Source: Advenella kashmirensis (GTDB lineage Bacteria; Pseudomonadota; Gammaproteobacteria; Burkholderiales; Burkholderiaceae_B). From it: DNA of 32,358 bases. A program made the translations under genes and the position numbers. The notes beneath the pieces are model-generated. The model did no database searches. It worked only from the letters and a program-made list of their open reading frames with translations, and was not told where the DNA came from. Below, piece by piece: positions 1 through 9,586 of this stretch. Every line of letters starts with the position of its first letter. Positions within the stretch are counted from its first letter, which is position 1. The stretch is taken from positions 1 to 32,358 of the forward strand of contig JBEBTQ010000001.1 in assembly GCA_040393685.1 (NCBI GenBank), read 5' to 3'.

Positions 1-907
1 CAGCCTGGGTACTGGTCAGTCTGCACAAGGCGGTCGTTTGTTTGGCCGTCAGGCAGTAATCGGTCTGAAAGGAGACGATTGGGGTACGCTCACAGTCGGT
101 CGTCAGGACAACGTAGCCGACGACTTTATGGGTGACTTTGACGCCTTTGGTACTGGTCTCGACCAAGCCAGCGCAAACAGCGCATTTGGCGATAGTCTGG
201 GTTATAAAATCGATGCCTCAGTCAAATACCTGTCACCAGAATGGTCCGGCTTCCAGTTTGGTCTTGCCTATGGTGGCAACCGCAGTCATAGCAAAACATT
301 ATTGAACGGAAAAACGACGGCAGACGACAGAAATGCTGATAACGTGTTCAGCGCCGGTCTGAAATTTGAAACAGGTCCATTCGCAATCGCCGCGTCTTTT
401 GACCGCTTCCGCGTAGATCATCGGACCATCGATAAAGCCTATACCTATTCCAGCAAATCCTGGAACATCGGCACTTCCTATGATTTCGAAGTTGTCAAAC
501 TTTACGGTTTGTACGGTGAAGTCAAGGGCTACAATGTCCTCAATACGAGCTACGACTATGGCCTGATTACCGGTCTCAAACTGTCGGATGACGTGCTTGT
601 TCTGGACGCTGGCAAATATCGCCAAAAAGCCTGGGCGTTTGGTCTGAGCGTTCCTGTTGCCGAGACTGGAAAGCTGATGTTCTCCTATCAAGGCGTCAAA
701 GCCAAGGATATCTATCTGGGCGGCGATTCTGGATTTAAACGTAAAGCTAAAATCTTCAGCGTAGGCTATACACAAGACCTGTCCAAACGGACCACTGCAT
801 ATGCTTCACTTTCTTTCGGCAAAGCAAAAGCAGTTTTCCCAGGTGTTGAAACACGTAACGACCTCAAATCAACCCAGGCTCTGGTCGGTCTGCGTCACCG
901 CTTCTGA
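1..907 (+). CDS. Gram-negative classical porin, 5'-truncated by the window edge
   Basis: Frame is open from position 2 (SLGTGQSAQGGRLFGRQAVIGL). Contains porin motifs FGRQA.G, GTLTVGRQ and LSKRTTAY, and ends in the OMP terminus VGLRHRF. Confidence 0.93.
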   Translation, partial: SLGTGQSAQGGRLFGRQAVIGLKGDDWGTLTVGRQDNVADDFMGDFDAFGTGLDQASANSAFGDSLGYKIDASVKYLSPEWSGFQFGLAYGGNRSHSKTLLNGKTTADDRNADNVFSAGLKFETGPFAIAASFDRFRVDHRTIDKAYTYSSKSWNIGTSYDFEVVKLYGLYGEVKGYNVLNTSYDYGLITGLKLSDDVLVLDAGKYRQKAWAFGLSVPVAETGKLMFSYQGVKAKDIYLGGDSGFKRKAKIFSVGYTQDLSKRTTAYASLSFGKAKAVFPGVETRNDLKSTQALVGLRHRF

Positions 908-1007
908 TTGGTCTGAGTGGGCGATTTCTCTCGCCTGAAAAGGAAACTGTTCATTGCGAACGTGAAATTTCAAGGGTAATTCACTCGTTGTGGCAGTTTC
1001 CACAGAC

Positions 1008-1050
1008 AAAAAATAGCGCCTTCAAAATATCGAAGGCGCTATTGTTATTT
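1008..1050. terminator. Bidirectional intrinsic terminator between porin and the ASL-like gene
   Basis: Perfect 12-bp stem AATAGCGCCTTC (1012-1023) / GAAGGCGCTATT (1032-1043), with an A-run before it and a T-rich tract after it, between convergent genes. Confidence 0.85.
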
Positions 1051-1102
1051 GCTTCATTTGCCTTAGCGAGCAAGTGACGGTAACGAAGTCATTACTCCCT
1101 CA

Positions 1103-2800
1103 TTAACCTTCCGATTTTTTCGACTGCTGATCAGCAGGTTTCTGCTTATCATCGGCAGACGATTTTGGCTCATCAGTCTTGCCTTTATCGGAATCCTTCA
1201 GCTTATTGAATGCGTCATCCAGAGCCTGATCTGCCTTGGCTAGTTTGTCGCGCGTGGATGTCATCCACGCTTCGTCGTCGCTCAGGCGTTTCTGACTCTC
1301 GGTCAGCATACGTTCGACTTCTGCCGGCTGTGGACCTCCGATACCAACGCGCGTTTTAACCATGAATTCAGGCGACAGCACTTCGCGGAAGTGGGCTTCA
1401 TTGATAGGCAGTTTTTCTTCAGGCAGCTTGTATTTTTGCAATGCCTTGGTATAAAGCTCAACTGCTTTTTCGTAAGGGAAGTCTTTGGGTTTGAATCCGT
1501 TGCTTCTGGCTTCCGTCACAATCTGCGATGCAAAGCTATGACCCACGCGGAAGGGGATCTTATGCTCTTTTTGCAGCGCCTCTGCCAGCTCCATGGACGT
1601 GGTCCAGTCATCTTCAAGCTCTTCCAGAGACCGTTTGGCATTGACATTCAGCGCCTTAGTGACGGTGTTCATGTTGTCGATCATCTTGATGGCCTGCGGA
1701 AACAGTCCCAGGTCGTCGGCTGGCGACTTATAGTCCGTCATCCCGGTTGTCACATTATGAGCACGGAAAATAACGGTCTGAGCCAGACCAACCACGTTGG
1801 ACGCTGCTTCACGTGCACGCATGATTACGCCAGGGTTTCGCTTTTGCGGCATGGCGCTACTGGTGTACGTGCTGCCTTCATCCAGCAACAGCCATGGGCG
1901 GGTCTGGTGATATTGCGTATGAATATCACCAAGCAACGCACCCAGACGAATGGCGGTGGAAGAGGGGATGCTACTGGCTTCAAGTCCGATATCCGAAGGC
2001 GATACCTGACTGGAGTCAAGCGAGTTTTCAATAATGCCGTCGAAACCCAGCAATTCGGCCATGCGCTTGCGATTCAGCGGCCAGCTTGAGTTAGCAAGAA
2101 CAGCAGTGCCCATGGCAGAAAGATTCATCCGTTTATAGAGTTCGTGAATCCGCTGGGCATCGCGTGCGAAAGAGGCTTCGTATGCGAGCAGGTAATGGGC
2201 GTAGCTGATCGGCATGGCCTGCACACCATTGGTATAGGCAGGCACAATCGTGTTGACGTTTTTACTGGCAACCTTAAGCAGCTCAGCACGCAAGGAATTC
2301 AGGGCATCCGAGTAGTCGAGCACCTGATTGCGCAATTTGGCCATGCGGTAGGTTGCGTACATGTCCTGGCGACTGCGTCCGGTATGGATCAAAGAGGCAT
2401 CAGGACCAATTTCGTCTGTAATGATTTTTTCGATCTGCAGGACGTCCTTGGGGCGCTTGCCGTCAGATTTCTCTGATTGATCCAGCGAATAGGCAACGCC
2501 GTTTGCGAGCTTGGCGCCCATTTCAGGTGTCACAATTTTTTCTTCGGTAAGCATCACGGCAGAGGCCTTGTTGATCTTGCCGAGCCAGTAGAACTGATCT
2601 TCTTTCTCGTCGTTCTTACTGGTTGATTTGCTTGAGGTCGGTTTGGCAATGGCGCCGGCCTTGGCCGCCTGCTGCTCGCATTCCGCAGTTGTTTTGCAGG
2701 GCATTTCGCCCGTATTGGCGGCCTGTGCCATGCCAGTGGTGGCACCCATGAGAATAAGCGCCAGCACCTGGGGTTTCAATCGAAATAAGGGTTGGTTCAC
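1103..2800 (-). CDS. Argininosuccinate-lyase (fumarase/ASL superfamily) protein with an N-terminal signal peptide
   Basis: Motifs HTGRSRQD and SSAMPQKRNP. Likely GTG start at 2800 behind RBS CAGGAG. N-terminus MNQPLFRLKPQVLALILMGATTGMAQA looks like a Sec signal. Confidence 0.85.
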   Translation of the reverse strand: MNQPLFRLKPQVLALILMGATTGMAQAANTGEMPCKTTAECEQQAAKAGAIAKPTSSKSTSKNDEKEDQFYWLGKINKASAVMLTEEKIVTPEMGAKLANGVAYSLDQSEKSDGKRPKDVLQIEKIITDEIGPDASLIHTGRSRQDMYATYRMAKLRNQVLDYSDALNSLRAELLKVASKNVNTIVPAYTNGVQAMPISYAHYLLAYEASFARDAQRIHELYKRMNLSAMGTAVLANSSWPLNRKRMAELLGFDGIIENSLDSSQVSPSDIGLEASSIPSSTAIRLGALLGDIHTQYHQTRPWLLLDEGSTYTSSAMPQKRNPGVIMRAREAASNVVGLAQTVIFRAHNVTTGMTDYKSPADDLGLFPQAIKMIDNMNTVTKALNVNAKRSLEELEDDWTTSMELAEALQKEHKIPFRVGHSFASQIVTEARSNGFKPKDFPYEKAVELYTKALQKYKLPEEKLPINEAHFREVLSPEFMVKTRVGIGGPQPAEVERMLTESQKRLSDDEAWMTSTRDKLAKADQALDDAFNKLKDSDKGKTDEPKSSADDKQKPADQQSKKSEG

Positions 2801-2850
2801 GGTTTTTGTCTCCTGATTGTAATTAACGCCGAATGTATCGGAGGGTTTAC

Positions 2851-3768
2851 TTACTCCGGCAAAAAGTCCCTGACCGACAGGTAACGTTCTCCGGTATCGT
2901 AGTTTATTCCCAGAACTTTTGCGTCTGGAGGCAGATTGGGCAGGGTTTTTGCTATGGCTGCCAGCGTGGCGCCGCTGCTGATTCCAACCAGCAGACCTTC
3001 CTGGGTGGCGGCGCGGCGCGCAAAGTCCAGGGACTCTGGCACTTCCACGGAGATAGTCCCATCCAGCAGACTCATATCCAGGTTTGCTGGAATAAAGCCC
3101 GCGCCAATGCCCTGCAGGGAGTGTGGGCCAGGCTCGCCACCTGCGATCACTGCAGAGGCGGCAGGTTCGACTGCAAGCACTTTGATCGCAGGCCATTTTT
3201 CCTTAAGGGTACGTGCAATACCCGTAATATGACCACCCGTACCCACGGCAGTGATGAGATAGTCCAGTCCTTCCGGAAAGTCTTCGATGATTTCTGCGGC
3301 CGTGCGTTGCGCATGAACCAGGGGATTAGCGGGATTTTCAAACTGCTGGGGGATCCATGCGCCGGGTGTTTGAGATGCAAGCTCTTCTGCACGGGCAATG
3401 GCGCCTTTCATTCCTTTTTCTTTGGGAGTCAGATCGAATTTGGCCCCGTAGGCGCTCATGAGTCTGCGACGCTCAATACTCATGCTTTCAGGCATTACCA
3501 GAATAAGCTTATATCCTTTGATGGCGGCGACCATGGCCAGACCCACACCCGTGTTGCCTGAGGTGGGCTCAATAATTGTTGCGCCTGGCTTGAGGGTGCC
3601 TGCATTTTCCGCCTCTTCGATCATTGACAATGCAGCGCGATCTTTAAGTGAACCGCCAGGATTAAAGCGTTCTGCCTTGATCCAGACTTCCTGAGTGCCA
3701 GGAAACATGCGGGAAAAGCGGATATGGGGAGTATGGCCTATCGTGTCGAGTACGGAAGAAGCTTTCAT
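2851..3768 (-). CDS. cysK: Cysteine synthase A (O-acetylserine sulfhydrylase)
   Basis: Motifs NPGGSLKDR (PLP lysine), [25 protein letters not shown] and DTGERYLS. Start moved to MKASS. Confidence 0.93.
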   Translation of the reverse strand: MKASSVLDTIGHTPHIRFSRMFPGTQEVWIKAERFNPGGSLKDRAALSMIEEAENAGTLKPGATIIEPTSGNTGVGLAMVAAIKGYKLILVMPESMSIERRRLMSAYGAKFDLTPKEKGMKGAIARAEELASQTPGAWIPQQFENPANPLVHAQRTAAEIIEDFPEGLDYLITAVGTGGHITGIARTLKEKWPAIKVLAVEPAASAVIAGGEPGPHSLQGIGAGFIPANLDMSLLDGTISVEVPESLDFARRAATQEGLLVGISSGATLAAIAKTLPNLPPDAKVLGINYDTGERYLSVRDFLPE

Positions 3769-3942
3769 GAGCAGTATCTGTTCTGGTGAGAAAAGAGAAA
3801 AATATAACACAGAGCCGTTGCGTGCAACGATCAGGTTTGCGGGTCATTGACTTTGTTTGCGTTGTTCAATCTGATTGAGTCAGGAAACCATTAGGACGTT
3901 ATCGATTGTGTCTTACTATCGACCTGGCAAAGAAGACCGATG

Positions 3943-3970
3943 TTGACGAATGTGATGACGCTGATATACT
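3943..3970 (+). promoter_or_regulatory. Putative sigma70 promoter of mgtC
   Basis: TTGACG, 16-nt spacer, TATACT, with an extended -10 TG at 3962-3963. Confidence 0.55.
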
Positions 3971-4118
3971 CAAATGAAATAATTATGTCGACTTCATAAC
4001 GCGAATATTACGGGTATTTGCTGCCAATGAAGCCCGCCAGGCAGCAAAATCAAGGGGATCGATCAAATGGTGGGTCGGTATGTCGTTCCACCGCGAATTA
4101 CCTATAAAGGAAACGAAG

Positions 4119-4823
4119 ATGTCGTTGGATCTGGAATTGGTGGGGCGTCTGGTCATGTCTGCGTTGCTGGGAAGCGTGATTGGCTTTGAACGGGAGCGGC
4201 TCTCCTGGGCAGCCGGTCTGCGAACGCATATGCTGGTCTGCGTGGGTTCTGCGCTGGTCATGATCGTTTCCATTCATGGCTTTGCAGATGCACAGAATGG
4301 ATCGCACATCTCGCTTGATCCTTCCCGGGTTGCGGCACAGGTTGTTTCGGGTATTGGCTTTCTGGGTGCCGGTGCCATACTGGCTCGCGGTGAGGTGATC
4401 CGCGGCCTGACCACAGCAGCCAGTGTCTGGTCAGTTGCCGGCGTCGGTCTGGCTGTCGGCGGGGGGCTTTATACGCCATCCATCGCTGCGACCATTATCA
4501 TTCTGCTGATTCTGGCCGGTGTAAAGCCACTGGAGAAGCGCTTTATTGCTTATCATCGCCGGCGTCATGTCACCCTCAGGGTTAAGCGCGGAAGTATTAC
4601 GCTGGGCAGTTTCAATAGTGCACTGGGTGTGAGTGCGAATCGCGTCAAGCAATTCATTCTGCAACCCTCAGAAGATGACGATTTTGATCAGTTGTATATC
4701 GTCTTCTCGCGAATGTCAGTGCAGGAATACGTTCTGATTCGCAAGAAGTTCAAAGAATTGCCAGGCATCGAATCAGTGATGGAAATGGATTCCGAAGAAG
4801 AGATTGATCCGGAGTCCTGGTGA
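4119..4823 (+). CDS. mgtC: MgtC/SapB family membrane protein
   Basis: Motifs IGFERE..AAGLRTHMLV, SRVAAQVVSGIGFLGAG and GLTTAASVW. RBS AAGGA before ATG 4119. Confidence 0.9.
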   Translation: MSLDLELVGRLVMSALLGSVIGFERERLSWAAGLRTHMLVCVGSALVMIVSIHGFADAQNGSHISLDPSRVAAQVVSGIGFLGAGAILARGEVIRGLTTAASVWSVAGVGLAVGGGLYTPSIAATIIILLILAGVKPLEKRFIAYHRRRHVTLRVKRGSITLGSFNSALGVSANRVKQFILQPSEDDDFDQLYIVFSRMSVQEYVLIRKKFKELPGIESVMEMDSEEEIDPESW

Positions 4824-4919
4824 TGACGTTCTCTACGACATAGACAGGCGGGTCGGATCGGTTGGGTAATGAGGGCAAGTCATGAGATGCCAGCGTGGGG
4901 ATCTCATGCGTGGCCGCCA

Positions 4920-5834
4920 CTAGGCAGCAACTACGACGGGTCGTGCGCGCAATTCATAGAGTGTAATGCCGATTCCGCTGGCACAAATGATGCCAATGCC
5001 CAGCCAGGTGACCGCATCGGGAAACTGATTCCACACCAGCCATCCAAGGGCTGTCGCGCTGATAATCTGTAGATATACAAAAGGTGACAATAAGGAAGCC
5101 GGCGCATGGCGATAGGCCTGAATCTGCAACAGGTGACCCACGCCGCCGGTGACGCCAGTAGACAAAAGCAGCAGCCATTGTTTGATGTCCAGAACGGCCA
5201 TGACCTCCAGTACTTCATCCAGCGTAAACAGCGTATAGACCGTCAGCACTACCGTGCCGAAAAAACCGCTCCATATGACGGTCGTAAGTGGATTGTCGCC
5301 GGCGAGTCGCCGGTTGGCGATAAATTGCATGGAAAATATCACAGCGTTCGACAACCCGAAAAAAACACCTGTCGGATCCAGGCCGCCAGACGGTCGTATC
5401 ACAATCACAATACCCGCAAATCCGATGAGTGCAGCAATCCAGCGCGACAGCATGGCTTTTTCCTTCAATATCCATGGCGCCACCGCCAGCAGTATCAAGG
5501 GTGCAATAAAGTTGATTGCCGTAGCCTGTGCCTGAGGCAAATAACGCAGGGTCGTAAAAAACACCATGGTGGAAGAGAGCATGAATACGCCGCGCAGCAG
5601 CTGCTCAAATGGCTTTTTGGTCCTGAGGATTTGCCAGCCCTTGGCGGGTATCACAATTGACATCACCAGAATCAGATGAACGGAATATCGCACCCAGCAA
5701 AGTAATAGCAGAGGAACACCCACCGTCATCAGCCACTTGCCGGTCGCATCCAGTGTAGACAGAACCGACATCGCCACCAATAAAGAAATGATTCCGGGCA
5801 GGGGGCTGGAAACGGGCGATGTTGCTTGATTCAT
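4920..5834 (-). CDS. DMT/EamA family transporter
   Basis: About 10 hydrophobic segments, motifs ATAINFIAPL and APASLLSPFVYLQ. Start taken at MNQATS. Confidence 0.88.
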   Translation of the reverse strand: MNQATSPVSSPLPGIISLLVAMSVLSTLDATGKWLMTVGVPLLLLCWVRYSVHLILVMSIVIPAKGWQILRTKKPFEQLLRGVFMLSSTMVFFTTLRYLPQAQATAINFIAPLILLAVAPWILKEKAMLSRWIAALIGFAGIVIVIRPSGGLDPTGVFFGLSNAVIFSMQFIANRRLAGDNPLTTVIWSGFFGTVVLTVYTLFTLDEVLEVMAVLDIKQWLLLLSTGVTGGVGHLLQIQAYRHAPASLLSPFVYLQIISATALGWLVWNQFPDAVTWLGIGIICASGIGITLYELRARPVVVAA

Positions 5835-5979
5835 TTGATGGGCATGCGGCACGCCAGGGCACTTTACAGACGGGCCGGCGCAGGTTTTGGGGGAAGTCCT
5901 GCGCTCTATGGTAGAGCAATTGCCCGCGTAATGCCAGAGAATGGCACGTGCTCGGGCAATTGCTGCCATTCAACTGTTG

Positions 5980-7416
5980 TCAAATGGCATATGTCATGTT
6001 TCTGCGCGAGCGCAGTCGAAAAAAGTACCAGACAGCAAGGACCATCAAAATTGCCAGCAGGATGATCTCAAGTTGGATGCTGGCGTTGAACGCCCGCTGA
6101 TAATCATGCCCGCGCAGCAGAGTCTGAGAAAATACCGCGCCAAGTAGCGCCGGGCCAAATCCCAGTGACGCCTGCTGTATGGTCGATAGCATCGCGCTGC
6201 CTGCTCCTGCCTGTTCGGCGGGAATCTGGGACATACCAAAGCGATAGAAGGCACCAACAATGAATGCCTGGCCAATACCAATCAGGAATGAAGGAAGGGT
6301 GAGGGTAAGGAGGGTGATGGCAGGCCAGACCTGATGCAGAACCCAAAGCAATAGCAGCAGGCCCGGTATGGTCAGAGTGCACCCAAAAATAAGTGTGGGG
6401 AGCAGGCCGATACGCGCCGCTACACGTGTGCTGAGCAGCGATCCCACAAAAAATGCAAATCCCAGTGCGATGAAGGAGTAACCGGATTGGGCGGGCGTCA
6501 ATCCTGCTCCCGCCTGCAAAGTCAGCGCAAAGACAAACATGAAGCCACTCCAGCATGCGAAAAACAGGATGGCCATCGCAAAGCTGAAACGTACACTGGG
6601 CAGCCGGACCAGGGCAGGGGGAAGCAGCGGCAACAGACCCCTGCGCTCCTGACGAACTTCCGTTTTCCACAGCGCCAGGGTCAGGGGAATCGAAAGAAGC
6701 AGCGCGGCGATGCACATCCAGTTCCATTTCAGCGTTGGTCCCAGTGCAACTGGTAGCAGTATGGAGAGAATCAATAGGGCGAGCAGCAATGTGCCAGGGA
6801 CATCGATCCCTGCCGGATGCTGCCTGCGCGTTTCAGGAATGTGGCGCGAAGAGAAAATCAATATAGCTGCGCAGATGGGCAGATTGATCAGAAAGACGCT
6901 GCGCCATTCAGATCCAGCAATATTGGCATGAACCAGAAAACCACCCAGTACCTGGCCAATGATAAAAGATAGTCCGCCAATGGAACTGTACAGTCCAATG
7001 GCACGGGAATGCGCATGGCCGTGAAGGCACACGTGAATTGTTGCCAGTATCTGAGGAACAAGAAGGGCGGCGGCCACGCCTTGCAAGGTCCTTGCCAGCA
7101 GCAGCACCGACATGACAGGTGCAATACCGCATAAAAGGGAAGCAATGCCAAACAGCCATACGCCGATATTGAAGAGTCGGCGGCGCCCAAATGTGTCGCC
7201 GAGTCTGCCGCCCATAGCCAGCACAACGGCAAAAGCGACGCCGTATACAGCGACCATTAATTCAAGCTCATATTCCGTGGCGTGAAGCGAACGGGCGACG
7301 GAATCCAGTGCCACATTGACAATGGAAAAATCGATCTGGGGCAAAAACATGCCCGCCAGCAGGACGGTCAGGCCGGCTGTACTCAAATGGGTTCTGTCGT
7401 GGTTAACGTCAGACAT
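5980..7416 (-). CDS. MFS transporter (DHA2/EmrB-QacA type, about 14 TM)
   Basis: Motifs IDFSIVNVAL, GRLGDTFGRRR and WRSVFLINLP. Confidence 0.9.
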   Translation of the reverse strand: MSDVNHDRTHLSTAGLTVLLAGMFLPQIDFSIVNVALDSVARSLHATEYELELMVAVYGVAFAVVLAMGGRLGDTFGRRRLFNIGVWLFGIASLLCGIAPVMSVLLLARTLQGVAAALLVPQILATIHVCLHGHAHSRAIGLYSSIGGLSFIIGQVLGGFLVHANIAGSEWRSVFLINLPICAAILIFSSRHIPETRRQHPAGIDVPGTLLLALLILSILLPVALGPTLKWNWMCIAALLLSIPLTLALWKTEVRQERRGLLPLLPPALVRLPSVRFSFAMAILFFACWSGFMFVFALTLQAGAGLTPAQSGYSFIALGFAFFVGSLLSTRVAARIGLLPTLIFGCTLTIPGLLLLLWVLHQVWPAITLLTLTLPSFLIGIGQAFIVGAFYRFGMSQIPAEQAGAGSAMLSTIQQASLGFGPALLGAVFSQTLLRGHDYQRAFNASIQLEIILLAILMVLAVWYFFRLRSRRNMTYAI

Positions 7417-7468
7417 GATAAAAAATCCTGTGAAAAGGTCATCGATACGTTATTATGAGTATTCGATT

Positions 7469-7502
7469 ATCCTGGTACCAGAGTCTGGTTAGACTGGTAT
7501 AA
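7469..7502. promoter_or_regulatory. Candidate operator in the divergent MFS/XRE intergenic region
   Basis: Palindrome CTGGTACCAG plus repeated CTGGT(A/T) at 7472, 7485 and 7494. Confidence 0.4.
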
Positions 7503-7520
7503 ATAGTGTAAGGCTGAGGT

Positions 7521-8492
7521 ATGCAGACCCTGAATTCATATAACGAGCTTATAACCCAACCATCGCGTCAGGATCGGGAAATGCCTGTTGCTGGTAGGGG
7601 CGATAATGACAGACGCAATACAGTCGGCGCTGAAGAAAGCAGCGCGATGGATCATGCCGAGCGGGCGCTGGAACTGGGTAATTTTCTGCGCAGAAGGCGT
7701 GAAAGCCTGGATCCGCGCCGGCTTGGACTGCCTCGCTATGGACGCACGCGCACGCCGGGTCTGCGACGGGAGGAAGTCGCACAACTGGCCGATATTGGTA
7801 TCACATGGTACACAAAACTGGAGCAAGGCAGACCTATTCGGGTGTCTTCGAAAGTCCTGCAGTCCGTGGCTTCAGCCCTGCAGTGCTCGGATACCGAGAC
7901 CCGATATCTCTTCACGCTGGCCGGGCTCGCCCATCCTGCAGCGGAAGTGTCCGGAAAAATCTGTAGTTTAATGCCAACTGTCATACAAACCATTCTGGAC
8001 CAGCTCGATCCGCTGCCGGCCATCCTTCAAAACGCAAAGTTTGACATCGTGGCGTTCAATAATGCCTTTTGTCATATGATCGATTGTGATTTGAACAGCA
8101 TTGATCGTGCAGATCGAAACTGTATTTATTTGAACCTGACAGAACCACGAGTCATAGCGGTCTTGCAGGAGCAGGAATCCATTGTTGCCCACATGGCGGC
8201 CAAGCTGCGAGCCCAAATGGCCGGTCACCTGGGCGATCCGGCCTGGGAACGCTATCTCGACCGGTTGCTGACCACATCACCCCAGTTTGTCGATATCTGG
8301 AACCGGAATCAGGTTTGCGCAACGAACGATCATATCGTGCGCTATCGGTATCCCGACCTTGGCGTCATGGAAGTGCTGCAAACAAATTGGTGGAGCCTGC
8401 CTGTCGCAGGAGAAAGACTTGTGGTGTATGTCCCGGTTGATGAGGCCAGCCGTCAAATATTGAATCAGAGACTGTCTGCTCATGAGTTCTGA
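7521..8492 (+). CDS. XRE-HTH / MmyB-like transcriptional regulator
   Basis: Signature ELGNFLRRRRE...RTPGLRREEVAQLA.I..TWYTKLEQGR. The true start may be 7647. Confidence 0.9.
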   Translation: MQTLNSYNELITQPSRQDREMPVAGRGDNDRRNTVGAEESSAMDHAERALELGNFLRRRRESLDPRRLGLPRYGRTRTPGLRREEVAQLADIGITWYTKLEQGRPIRVSSKVLQSVASALQCSDTETRYLFTLAGLAHPAAEVSGKICSLMPTVIQTILDQLDPLPAILQNAKFDIVAFNNAFCHMIDCDLNSIDRADRNCIYLNLTEPRVIAVLQEQESIVAHMAAKLRAQMAGHLGDPAWERYLDRLLTTSPQFVDIWNRNQVCATNDHIVRYRYPDLGVMEVLQTNWWSLPVAGERLVVYVPVDEASRQILNQRLSAHEF

Positions 8493-9399
8493 ACCGGTCA
8501 ATTTCTCGCGTTTCGATCCCTATACACTGCGACTATTTCTGCTAGCCGCACGCTATCTCAATCTGACGCGAGCGGCGGACGATGCACATATGACACTGTC
8601 TGCGCTCAGCAAACGAATTTCGGAACTGGAAAAGCAGATTGGATGTGAGCTTTTCTACCGTCGTGCCCGCGGACTTGAACTGACCTCTGCCGGTCATGCG
8701 CTGGTTGAGCATGCCCAGCTGGTTATCGCTGCCGTATCGCGTTTGACATCGGACATGACTGCCTATTCGGCAGGCTTGCGTGGTCAGGTACGCATTTGGG
8801 CAAATACCTCTTCTGTCATCCAGTTTCTTCCCGGTGATCTGGCAGCGTTCTCTCGCACGCACCCTGGGATCAGACTTAGCCTTGACGAAAAACTGAGTCA
8901 CGAGATCATCACGGCGCTCACCCAGGATCGCATCGATATCGGAATTTTTGCCGACAATATTCCCAGCGGGCAGATTGAAAAATATTTCTATCGTCATGAC
9001 CAGCTTGTGGTATTAGTTCCTCGCGGTCATCCGCTGGGGCGCCGCAAGACAATTCGCTTTGAAGATGTGCTGGATAATGATTTTGTGGGACTGGCCGATG
9101 GCAGTTCCCTGCAGGTACGCATGCAGGATGCAGCACTGGCAACCGGTAAACCGCTAAGGCTCAGAGTACAGGTCAGCAGCTTCGATGCGATCTGTCGAAT
9201 GATTGAAGCAGGTCTGGGCGTCGGCCTTTTGCCGCTGGAGTCGGTGCGCCCTGAAATCCTCGGCAAAGGTTTGCAGGCCTTGCCGCTGGACGACGACTGG
9301 AGTCAGCGCACACTCTATGTAGGCGTGCGCAATTCCGTTGATCTGAAACCGGATGCGCAACGGCTACTGGATTTTCTGAAAGAAGCGCATCGCTCCTGA
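8482..9399 (+). CDS. LysR family transcriptional regulator
   Basis: N-terminal HTH NLTRAA..HMTLSALSKRISELE...LFYRRARGLELTSAG, followed by a LysR substrate-binding domain. Confidence 0.93.
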   Translation: MSSEPVNFSRFDPYTLRLFLLAARYLNLTRAADDAHMTLSALSKRISELEKQIGCELFYRRARGLELTSAGHALVEHAQLVIAAVSRLTSDMTAYSAGLRGQVRIWANTSSVIQFLPGDLAAFSRTHPGIRLSLDEKLSHEIITALTQDRIDIGIFADNIPSGQIEKYFYRHDQLVVLVPRGHPLGRRKTIRFEDVLDNDFVGLADGSSLQVRMQDAALATGKPLRLRVQVSSFDAICRMIEAGLGVGLLPLESVRPEILGKGLQALPLDDDWSQRTLYVGVRNSVDLKPDAQRLLDFLKEAHRS

Positions 9400-9586
9400 T
9401 ATATAGGGCAGGGGGATCTTCTTCGGAGCAAGGCAACCTTCAGCAGCTGTTTTTCTCCTGTAATCCCATCTCTGTGTCGATCAGGAGCCTTGAAAATATG
9501 GAAAGGGTCCTGAAAAAATAAACAATTTTCAAATGACTGAAGTTTGTTCATTATGACGCAATCAGTTTGAACAAGCAGGTCACGTT

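Noticed and set aside
2801-3196. 697-aa extended version of the ASL-like ORF
   Set aside because: The extension overlaps cysK in another frame. The RBS and signal peptide support a start at 2800.
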